A DNA stretch of 64,000 bases from Candidatus Nitrosotenuis sp. (GTDB lineage: Archaea > Thermoproteota > Nitrososphaeria > Nitrososphaerales > Nitrosopumilaceae): the NCBI GenBank assembly GCA_052387615.1, contig JBQTIZ010000003.1, positions 7,817-71,816 on the forward strand. Reading direction: 5' to 3'. The translations under genes and the position numbers were made by a program. This document shows positions 56,320-64,000 of the stretch, one piece after another. Position 1 is the stretch's first letter. The number at the start of each line of letters is the position of its first letter. The notes below the pieces were generated by a model, which had not been told where the DNA came from, ran no database searches, and worked only from the letters and a program-made list of their open reading frames with translations.

Positions 56320-57063
56320 ATGGTATTTTCAGCTAAAACTGGTGGATCAGATGAATGGAAGGCAATCTTGTCTGCAATATCAACTCTGGTTGAGGAGGCA
56401 ACGTTTGAGGCAACTGCAGAAGGAATCAGCTTTCGTGGAATGGATCCGTCCCATGTTGCACTAATTGACATTTCTTGGCCAAACTCCGCATTTGAAAAAT
56501 ACGAGTGCGATGGCGCAATCAAGTTTGGTGTAAGAATTGACGAATTCTCAAAGCTAATCAAAAGAGCAGAAAAATCAGAATCAATTCAAATTAGTATTGC
56601 AGAAAGCATGTTGCTTATCATAATTGGCAAAAACAAACAATACAAAATGCGACTAATTGAGAGCTCTGCTACTGACACACCATTGCCAAAAATCCCATAT
56701 GATACAAAGATTGGCCTTGCAAACACATTGTTTGATAAAATACTAGGCGATGTCCAAGTAGTGTCAGATTATCTCACCATGAAAACAGACGAGTCCAAAT
56801 CAGAATTTTCAGGCAAAGGCGATTCTGGTGAGGTACTCATATCACTGCAAAAACAGCAAGATGAGCTCACAGAGATATCTGTAAAAGAGCAATCAACAGG
56901 CACATACAGCCTCGAATATCTCAATCCTATAGTCAAGGCAGTAGGTGCGGCAACAGGTACCATAATCTGCGAGTATTCATCTGCCAAGCCACTTCGAATA
57001 GAATTCAAGGTTGCAAACATGGGCAGAATCCACTTTTACTTGGCACCACGCGTAGAAAGTTAA
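56320..57063 (+). CDS. pcn: DNA polymerase sliding clamp PCNA
   Basis: 247 aa. 'EATFEATAEGISFRGMDPSHVALIDI' and the two-domain length are typical of archaeal PCNA. Confidence 0.9.
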   Translation: MVFSAKTGGSDEWKAILSAISTLVEEATFEATAEGISFRGMDPSHVALIDISWPNSAFEKYECDGAIKFGVRIDEFSKLIKRAEKSESIQISIAESMLLIIIGKNKQYKMRLIESSATDTPLPKIPYDTKIGLANTLFDKILGDVQVVSDYLTMKTDESKSEFSGKGDSGEVLISLQKQQDELTEISVKEQSTGTYSLEYLNPIVKAVGAATGTIICEYSSAKPLRIEFKVANMGRIHFYLAPRVES

Positions 57064-57087
57064 AAGCATAAAAAGTCAGAGCGAGAC

Positions 57088-58500
57088 ATGAATCCAATGA
57101 GACTAGTAGTAAAGTTTGGCGGAACTTCGCTTGCTACACCAAAGCACATAAGATCAGTTGCAAAATTTATCCAAACAACTGGAAAAAAGAATCAAGTTGT
57201 AATGGTTTGCTCTGCCATCAATGACACGACAGATGAGCTACTAGAGATTTCAGAGGCCATCAGAAAAGAAAATCGCGTTCTAGCAGATTCTATTTTGGCC
57301 AAATTAACAAGACAACACAAGCAAATTGCAAAAGACACAATATCAAGCGCTGTGATTCGAAAGCATCTTTTTGAAAAGATGGATGCAGATTTAGAAGAAC
57401 TCAAAGGACTCATTCATGGAATGGTCTTGCTTGGTGAGGTAACTCCGCAATCGCTAGATTACCTGATTTCATTTGGAGAAAGACTGTCAGTAGAGATAGT
57501 ATCTCATGCTATTTTGGATCTAAAATCAAAATCAGTTGCGCTTACTGGCAAGGAAGTTGGAATTGTTACAGACTCTAATTTTGGCCAATCAAAGCCACTC
57601 ATGGACACCACTCGGTTACGAGTCTCTACAAACTTGGAACCATTGTTGTCTAAAAAATTCATTCCAGTTATTGGCGGGTTTGCAGGCGCTGATCAGCATG
57701 GCCATGTAACTACATTTGGCAGAGGCGGTTCGGATTACACCGCAACCATAATTGCATCATGCATCAAAGCAGACGAGGTCTGGTTGATGAGTGACGTTGA
57801 TGGACTGATGAGTGCAGACCCAAAAATAGTCAAAAATGCCAAGGTAATCCCAGAAGTATCATACGTAGAGGCAATGGAGATGGCACTTTTTGGTGCAAAA
57901 CAGATACATCCACGCTCATTTGAGCCATTACTCTCAAAGAAAATACCGATGCGGATTAGGAGCACATTCAATGTGAATGGTTCTGGAACTCTGGTTACTG
58001 CAAATCCAGACGAAAAAACAAACAAGACAGTCAAGTGCGTTTCTGTAATTCGTCACAATGGTCTAATTGACATGAGGGGTGGAAGCATGGTTGGAGCTCC
58101 AGGAACTGCGGCTACCATATTTACAACGCTGGCAAAAGTAGGTGTGAATATAATGATGATTTCTCAAAGCCCCTCAGAATCTAGCATTTCTATTGTGGTA
58201 AAGAAAAACGACCTAGACAAAGCAGTAAACACAATGGAGATGGAGCTGCTTGGCAAGATAATAAAGAAAATTGATGTCACAACTGATGTATCCATAATAG
58301 CGCTGATTGGTTCTGGAATGCGAGGAACAGTTGGTGTTGCATCACGAGTGTTTGGTTCGGTTGCAAAAAAGAAAGCAAACGTAATGATGATTGCACAGGG
58401 ATCGTCGGAGCTAAACTTGGCGTTTGTTGTCAAGGATTCAGATTGTGCGGCTGCAGTTCAAGCCCTGCACGATGAGTTCAAGCTAGCAGCTCAAAGCTAA
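57088..58500 (+). CDS. Aspartate kinase
   Basis: 'VVKFGGTSL' and 'TFGRGGSDYTA', plus two C-terminal ACT domains. Confidence 0.9.
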   Translation: MNPMRLVVKFGGTSLATPKHIRSVAKFIQTTGKKNQVVMVCSAINDTTDELLEISEAIRKENRVLADSILAKLTRQHKQIAKDTISSAVIRKHLFEKMDADLEELKGLIHGMVLLGEVTPQSLDYLISFGERLSVEIVSHAILDLKSKSVALTGKEVGIVTDSNFGQSKPLMDTTRLRVSTNLEPLLSKKFIPVIGGFAGADQHGHVTTFGRGGSDYTATIIASCIKADEVWLMSDVDGLMSADPKIVKNAKVIPEVSYVEAMEMALFGAKQIHPRSFEPLLSKKIPMRIRSTFNVNGSGTLVTANPDEKTNKTVKCVSVIRHNGLIDMRGGSMVGAPGTAATIFTTLAKVGVNIMMISQSPSESSISIVVKKNDLDKAVNTMEMELLGKIIKKIDVTTDVSIIALIGSGMRGTVGVASRVFGSVAKKKANVMMIAQGSSELNLAFVVKDSDCAAAVQALHDEFKLAAQS

Positions 58501-58536
58501 AAACGCTTAAACATCTTTGCAGAGTCAAAACTACCA

Positions 58537-59973
58537 ATGAACAAGTTTGTTATTTTTGCAATCATAGCTATTCCAGCACTCGCGGTTTCGTTTTTACTAT
58601 CAGATCCATTTGCTGTGGCAAAGCCACAAAGCAAGGTTCACTTTACCAAGACCTTTACTTCATCCAATGATCCAGGGAGTGGAAAGTCTGGCCAGTTCGC
58701 GTTGGTGTTAGCTCCGAACAAGGACAGCCTCTATACAGGATCGCTTACCTATACTGCAAATCAACCAGTCGAGGTTCTGGTATTGCACAGCATATCAAAA
58801 CAAGATGCCAAGGGCCAACCAACATGGAGTGTTGACGGCAATACCATGTATGGTCTGACCGAAATTGAGGCTAGAAATTCAGGTACATTTGATTTTACAG
58901 GTGCAGCTATCGCATTTAGAAGCAAAAACCCCTTTGTTGTGACTGCAAGCGTTGATGGATGGATACGCGGCCAACCAATCGAGATAATTGCACAGACATA
59001 TGAGATCAGAGAAAAAGAAATCTCCCTGCCAGATCCGCATGTGCCAGTAACTATTCCAATGCATGACGGATTTTTTGGCAAGGGTCAGGTCAATTACATC
59101 ATCACAGATGCAAGCAACAAGACTTTGGCAGATAAAATAACAGAAAAGCAAAATTGGAATGTAAAGTTCGCACCAAAGCTTAGATGGGCACCTGCCTCCT
59201 CACAAGACGTAGCATATGCATTCACAAATGGAATCAAAGGAGACGGCATCTATGGGTTCCAAGGAGAAGTTTTTGGGACTAGTCCCTCACAAAAAGAATA
59301 CACACCTCTAGCAAGTCTTGTGACTGTATCGTGGAAGGCAGGCCAAAAACCACAGGTCTTGCAGTCAGCCGAGGAGATACTAAAGGCGGAAAAAGATTCT
59401 CGATTAAAACTAGTCAAGACAAATGTAACAATCAATACGCCACAAATTGTGTGGCCTGGTGGACAACTCTATTCCGTAAATAGTACCGATGCGGCCTCAT
59501 TTGATAAAACGCAGGTAATTGAGATAAACAAAGACTCCAAAAAGGTCACCTTTGTTGCGCACAGGGCTTGGGGGCCAGACGGTAGAACCACCTACCACAT
59601 CATCCCAGATGCAACACCAAATGGCCCAGCGGATATAATGAAAGTGCCAACATCTGCAAAACTTGCAAAAATTGCATCATCAAGCATCATATCAGAAATG
59701 TACCAATTCAAGAATGGGATAAAAGGCACAGGCCCACTTGGATTCCAGCCAAGCGTGCTCAGCTCCAAACTTGATGAAGGCTATGTTCCAATTTGCCGAG
59801 TCTCCATAATAGAATGGAAAGAAGAAAAAACAGCCGTGGTGCTTGAGACTATATCAGACATCGAATCCAAAAAGTTGGGTGGTTCCATCTTTGTTACTTT
59901 GGCCCGACCACTAAGCGAAGATCATATTGTAAATTGCCCAATTATTGAATCTCCAATAACCAACAAAGGATAA
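58537..59973 (+). CDS. Secreted hypothetical protein with internal duplication
   Basis: Signal-like 'FVIFAIIAIPALAVSFLL'. Repeated block 'F(T/K)NGIKG.G..GFQ' occurs twice. Confidence 0.5.
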   Translation: MNKFVIFAIIAIPALAVSFLLSDPFAVAKPQSKVHFTKTFTSSNDPGSGKSGQFALVLAPNKDSLYTGSLTYTANQPVEVLVLHSISKQDAKGQPTWSVDGNTMYGLTEIEARNSGTFDFTGAAIAFRSKNPFVVTASVDGWIRGQPIEIIAQTYEIREKEISLPDPHVPVTIPMHDGFFGKGQVNYIITDASNKTLADKITEKQNWNVKFAPKLRWAPASSQDVAYAFTNGIKGDGIYGFQGEVFGTSPSQKEYTPLASLVTVSWKAGQKPQVLQSAEEILKAEKDSRLKLVKTNVTINTPQIVWPGGQLYSVNSTDAASFDKTQVIEINKDSKKVTFVAHRAWGPDGRTTYHIIPDATPNGPADIMKVPTSAKLAKIASSSIISEMYQFKNGIKGTGPLGFQPSVLSSKLDEGYVPICRVSIIEWKEEKTAVVLETISDIESKKLGGSIFVTLARPLSEDHIVNCPIIESPITNKG

Positions 59974-60001
59974 ATTATCTTTTAAAAAAAATCAAAATCA
60001 C

Positions 60002-60775
60002 TTGTCAGGAAAACTCTACATTGTGGGTGTCGGGCCAGGATCACACGATCACATGACGTTTCGCGCAAAACAGGTGATACAGGAAAGCGACACCATTGTT
60101 GGATATGATACCTATGTTGGTTTGGTAGAAGATCTAATTCAGGGAAAGGAAATTCACAGATACGCAATGACGCAAGAAGTGGAGCGGGCAAAGCAATGCA
60201 TTGATCTTGCACAATCCGGTAAAATTGTGTCCTTGGTGAGTAGCGGTGATCCTGGAATTTATGGAATGGCAGGCCTAATCTATGAAACACTTGCGGAGGC
60301 GGGCTGGGATCCAAAGACAGGCCTTGAAGTAGAAGTAGTGCCAGGCATTTCTGCACTAAACTCTTGCGCATCACTGATTGGCTCGCCACTAATGACTGAC
60401 TTTGCTGTAGTCTCAATGAGCGATTTATTGGTACCATGGGAGATCATAACAAAACGAGTAGAAGCAGCCGCACAAGGTGATTATGTTATTGTAATTTACA
60501 ATCCATCAAGCAAAAAAAGAATCCATCAGCTACAAGACACTCGCAAGCTTTTGCTAAAGTATCGCAAGCCAAACACCCCAGTTGCAATAATCAAAGGCGC
60601 ATATCGAGAATCTGAAACCATAGTGATAACAGATTTAGAAAATATGGAAAATCATGCAGACAAACTAGGCATGATCAGCACTGTGATAATTGGAAATTCT
60701 TCTACATATAATTTCAAAAATCTGATGATAAACCCGCGTGGATACACATCAAAATATAATCTGCAGACAAACTAG
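60002..60775 (+). CDS. cobJ: Precorrin-3B C17-methyltransferase / cobalt-factor III methyltransferase
   Basis: Tetrapyrrole methylase N-terminus 'LYIVGVGPGSHDHMT' and 'VSSGDPGIYGMA'. TTG start. Confidence 0.8.
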   Translation: MSGKLYIVGVGPGSHDHMTFRAKQVIQESDTIVGYDTYVGLVEDLIQGKEIHRYAMTQEVERAKQCIDLAQSGKIVSLVSSGDPGIYGMAGLIYETLAEAGWDPKTGLEVEVVPGISALNSCASLIGSPLMTDFAVVSMSDLLVPWEIITKRVEAAAQGDYVIVIYNPSSKKRIHQLQDTRKLLLKYRKPNTPVAIIKGAYRESETIVITDLENMENHADKLGMISTVIIGNSSTYNFKNLMINPRGYTSKYNLQTN

Positions 60776-61815
60776 GCAGAACTTTTTATTGCATTTTTGG
60801 TATCGTCATCGAGGCCCAAATTGTCACGAATCGGCGCGATGATTTTTGCCAAATTATTCGCTACGGTATTCTTTAGATCTGATGGATGCAGTTTTCCAGA
60901 ACTGAAATCTGATTCTAACTGTGCATAATTGGAATAAGCTACATTCCCGCCAAATTTCTCTGGTCGCTCTACTGTAATTTCAGAGAGTTCATGGAATATG
61001 ATGTGCTTTGCAATTTGTAAGATAGGGTTGTTTGTCTTACCTACCTCGCACCAGCCCTTGTTGATTTTAGATTTTATTTCATCATCAGTATCATGAATGA
61101 ATACGCCAGACGCTGGTTTGGATTTTGACATTTTAGTTCCAGTACCCTCTTCATCTGTTGCGATTGGCTCTGTGAGGCCTGGCAAAAGACCATGGTGTAT
61201 GGCAACTGGAACCTTCCATTTCATTTTTGGAAAGATTTCTCTAACTAGCATGTGGATTTTTCGCTGATCCATTCCTGCATGGGCAATATCGACATCTATT
61301 GTATGGATGTCAATTGCCTGCATTGGTGGATACAAGAGCTTCGACAGATCTATTTTTTCCTCGCTTTCAGATCTGCCCATAATGGTCAGGGTTCGCATTG
61401 TTCTGGCAAGCGACATGTGTTTTGTGAACATGACAAAATTCTTCCAGTATTCCTTGTGGGAATCATACAGCTCGCTTCCGCGAATGATATTCACGCCAGG
61501 GCACACAAGCTTGAAGGCTTTTTCATAATAATGAGAAACTTTGGAAATTGTTTCCCAGTTCCCGCCTAGCTTATCGTTGATCAGTGTGTGCCAGTCCGCC
61601 AAAAAGACGTTGCATTCAACGCCTGCCTTTATGAAATCATTAATTTTGAAACCAGTACTGATTAAACTGCCAAGGTGCAAAAACCCAGATATTTCCAGAC
61701 CAATGTAGTGTCGAGGCTTGGAATTTGTCTGAAATAGATTTGTGAGCTCTTCTTGTGTCACTATTTCTTCTGTTGGCGGCCGTAAGATCAGCTCAACTTT
61801 GCTTGTTATATCCAA
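60772..61815 (-). CDS. tyrS: Tyrosyl-tRNA synthetase (archaeal type)
   Basis: 'YIGLEISGFLHLGS' (HIGH region) and 'KMSKSK'. The C-terminus 'ERPEKFGGNVAYSNYAQLESDFSSGKLHPSDLKN' closely parallels the M. jannaschii TyrRS sequence as I recall it. Confidence 0.9.
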   Translation of the reverse strand: MDITSKVELILRPPTEEIVTQEELTNLFQTNSKPRHYIGLEISGFLHLGSLISTGFKINDFIKAGVECNVFLADWHTLINDKLGGNWETISKVSHYYEKAFKLVCPGVNIIRGSELYDSHKEYWKNFVMFTKHMSLARTMRTLTIMGRSESEEKIDLSKLLYPPMQAIDIHTIDVDIAHAGMDQRKIHMLVREIFPKMKWKVPVAIHHGLLPGLTEPIATDEEGTGTKMSKSKPASGVFIHDTDDEIKSKINKGWCEVGKTNNPILQIAKHIIFHELSEITVERPEKFGGNVAYSNYAQLESDFSSGKLHPSDLKNTVANNLAKIIAPIRDNLGLDDDTKNAIKSSA

Positions 61816-61847
61816 TGGTTCTGGGTTTTGCTTGTAATCCTATAAAG

Positions 61848-62456
61848 TTACGGGTCTAGATCATCAAGTGATTTTCTTGGCTTGGTGCTAAGATAAAACG
61901 AATGAGCTGAGATCAAAAATCCAACTAGAAAAATTTTTGTTGCAAAGACAAGATTCCAAGGTCTTGATTCATCCGGATATGCAATGGTCAATCTGTCAAT
62001 GTCTGGTACTTTGCCATCTATGATTCCTGCAGTGATCTGTGCATTCAACACCATAAAATTGTACAATGTTTCATAAAGGCAAATTATAGAAAATCCTAAA
62101 AGCATCAGCTGTAATAGCGACATTCGCCAAGAGTACAGGCCAACAGTTTTCTTCCAGCCAATTCTTGACACACAATACCAACCAATTATGCATGCAAAGA
62201 AGAGCCACGTGATCAGCTTTGCAAAGTGTGGAAACGGAAACTCTGTTGTTACTAGAACCTCACCCATGACATATGTGCCGTTTTCACTCCATTCCTTCAA
62301 CATTGCCCAAGTTGAATACACAGTGATTGAGACCATCATGAATGCACAGACGTAGAAAATGTACAAGTATACTTTGTACGCGCGTTCTGTTTCCTGCAAG
62401 TGATGCACTTTCATGTAATGTTCGGCGTTTGTACTGTAGATATAAAAATTATCCAA
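61848..62456 (-). CDS. Integral membrane hypothetical protein
   Basis: 202 aa with about 5 predicted TM helices. Confidence 0.45.
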   Translation of the reverse strand: MDNFYIYSTNAEHYMKVHHLQETERAYKVYLYIFYVCAFMMVSITVYSTWAMLKEWSENGTYVMGEVLVTTEFPFPHFAKLITWLFFACIIGWYCVSRIGWKKTVGLYSWRMSLLQLMLLGFSIICLYETLYNFMVLNAQITAGIIDGKVPDIDRLTIAYPDESRPWNLVFATKIFLVGFLISAHSFYLSTKPRKSLDDLDP

Positions 62457-62497
62457 GATTTGATGAGGTTTATTACTCTAAATCAGAATGACAAATC

Positions 62498-63580
62498 ATG
62501 AAGGTTCCAGTCAACTCACCTTTGGTTGGAAAAGAAGAGATTGCCGAAGTAAATGCTGTTTTACGTGCAGGTGCACTGACCTCAGCTGCAAACCTTGGTG
62601 GAAAAAACGTACAAGAATTTGAAAAGATGGTTTGTGCCTTTGTCAGATCAAAATATTCAGTTGCGGTAAATTCCGGAACTGCGGCGCTACAGGCAGCACT
62701 ATATGCACTTGATATCAAGTCAGGCGATGAGGTGTTATTGCCATCATTTACTTTTGTTGCCACGGCAAACTCCGTTGTGTCCGTTGGCGCAAAGCCAGTC
62801 TTTGTTGATATTAGAAAAGACAATTACACCATGGATCCAGATGATTTAAGGAAAAAAATTACAAAAAAAACTAGAGCAATTATCCCAGTTCATCTGTATG
62901 GCAATGTTGCATATATCGATGAGATCTCAGAGATCGCAAAAAAGCATGGCCTATCCATAATAGAAGACGCGGCACAGTCAATGGGCTCTACCTACAAAGG
63001 AAAGCAGACAGGAAACTTTGCAGAACTTGGATGTTTTAGTTTGTATGCGGCAAAGGTCATGACATCTGGCGAGGGCGGTGTAATTGTTACCTCAAATAAA
63101 AAACTGCATGAAAAATTGCTAATGATTCGAAATCATGGAATGGTTCATGGATATGACACTAGAATCTTGGGCCTAAATCTGAGATTGCCTGAGATTAATG
63201 CAGCAATTGCCAAAGTCCAAATGAAAAAGCTCCCTGGCTTTTTGCAAAAGAGGCAAAGAAATGCAAAAATCCTAACAGAGTTGCTATCAGGTGCAAATGT
63301 CATTTTACCCACAGCAAGAAAGCATGAAAAGGTGAACTGGTATCTTTACACAATAGCAAGCAAAATTCGAGACAAGATATCCAAAGAACTCAACGGCCAG
63401 AACATTGGTGCAACCATATACTATGACACACCGGTGCACAAAACTCCTTACTATAACCAGAAAACCAAGCTCCAGAATACAGAATGGGCTGCAAGGAATG
63501 TTCTATCGCTTCCAGTGCAGCCCCTAGTAACCCAGACCCAGCTAGAAATCACTGCAAAAATAATCAAAAGACTAGCATGA
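62498..63580 (+). CDS. DegT/DnrJ/EryC1/StrS-family sugar aminotransferase
   Basis: 'NSGTAALQAAL', 'IEDAAQS' and the PLP-lysine context 'FSLYAAKVMTSGEGG'. Confidence 0.85.
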   Translation: MKVPVNSPLVGKEEIAEVNAVLRAGALTSAANLGGKNVQEFEKMVCAFVRSKYSVAVNSGTAALQAALYALDIKSGDEVLLPSFTFVATANSVVSVGAKPVFVDIRKDNYTMDPDDLRKKITKKTRAIIPVHLYGNVAYIDEISEIAKKHGLSIIEDAAQSMGSTYKGKQTGNFAELGCFSLYAAKVMTSGEGGVIVTSNKKLHEKLLMIRNHGMVHGYDTRILGLNLRLPEINAAIAKVQMKKLPGFLQKRQRNAKILTELLSGANVILPTARKHEKVNWYLYTIASKIRDKISKELNGQNIGATIYYDTPVHKTPYYNQKTKLQNTEWAARNVLSLPVQPLVTQTQLEITAKIIKRLA

Positions 63581-64000
63581 ATTTTGGAGAGATTGCAGGG
63601 GAAATCTGCAAAAAAATTCTTCCAATTACTGAAGAGACATTCACAGGCAATGAATCGTCTAGTATTGCAATTTGTACTCTGTCCAGCATTGATCTGCTAA
63701 AAGAGATCTCTGGTTCTGATGTAATGAAAAAAATTGTAATTGTTGGAAGGTTACTATCAGAGAACAAGGGAATTGATACTCTGATAAGATATGTGAATCA
63801 GAATCCAGATCTGAGTACAATCATAGTATGTGGGAAAGAAGTTTCTGGTCACAGAACTGGCCATGCTTTGCTTTGTTTGCACAGGTTTGGCACAGACAAA
63901 GATAATCGAATCATAAACTCAATCAGCCCCGATCCAGTTTTGTCCGTATCAAAAAAAGAAATAGAGCAATTCCAAAACCAGATAAAGCTAATCGATAAGA
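63577..64000 (+). CDS. MtrA-like protein (tetrahydromethanopterin S-methyltransferase subunit A homologue), 3' end off-window
   Basis: Hand translation from the ATG at 63577 (ATGA overlap with the DegT stop) gives 'MNFGEIAGEICKKILP...IVIVGRLLSENKGIDTLIRYV...IIVCGKEVSGHRTGHALLCLHRFG'. The frame is open to the window end. Confidence 0.55.
   Translation, partial: MNFGEIAGEICKKILPITEETFTGNESSSIAICTLSSIDLLKEISGSDVMKKIVIVGRLLSENKGIDTLIRYVNQNPDLSTIIVCGKEVSGHRTGHALLCLHRFGTDKDNRIINSISPDPVLSVSKKEIEQFQNQIKLIDK

Noticed and set aside
1-64000. Search for tRNA, rRNA or other structured RNA genes in the intergenic gaps (6366-6499, 20756-21273, 37285-37455, 38881-39005, 45427-45539, 50039-50145).
   Set aside because: No cloverleaf-compatible or GC-rich segments were recognised by eye. 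This is a weak negative, because covariance-model scans could not be run.

Overview
This 64-kb chromosomal segment is archaeal. By gene content it most resembles an ammonia-oxidising thaumarchaeon of the Nitrosopumilaceae type: Amt transporter, A-type ATP synthase, archaeal pantoate-kinase/phosphopantothenate-synthetase CoA route, RpoL-TFS-PCNA, CDC48 and an MtrA-like gene. The taxon call is inference only; no search was run. About 75 densely packed genes are present, many with 4-nt ATGA overlaps.

Gene order, left to right:
- a complete chemotaxis operon (mcp'-cheW-Y-B-A-C-D-R)
- pyrB and pyrI head-to-head
- a split A1Ao ATP-synthase cluster: atpK, a 48-aa ORF, atpD-B-A-E on the minus strand, atpI on the plus strand, and atpC 3 kb further on
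- rhodanese and amt
- a tmk / HD-hydrolase / pyrH operon
- a MacB-like ABC transporter with a surface protein
- a CoA-biosynthesis cluster and an aldehyde dehydrogenase

The clear accessory patch is 36.7-40.9 kb. It holds an 8-repeat/7-spacer CRISPR array (37-nt repeat) with no cas gene anywhere in the window. The array is followed by an orphan Dam-type methylase, a 42-aa Zn-ribbon-like ORF, a frameshifted and truncated IS200/IS605 tnpB, and an XPD/DinG-like FeS helicase carrying an extra Cys/His-rich insert. This is my best candidate for something undescribed (cas-less array plus methylase plus helicase), but relic-locus or integrated-MGE explanations are equally possible.

The right half is housekeeping: NDH-2, Hsp20, CDC48, ferredoxin, a radical-SAM enzyme, RpoL, TFS, PCNA, aspartate kinase, CobJ/CbiH, TyrRS and a DegT aminotransferase. 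No rRNA or tRNA genes were recognised. Several decayed genes are noted: a truncated UbiB/ABC1 kinase and TAG-interrupted small ORFs.
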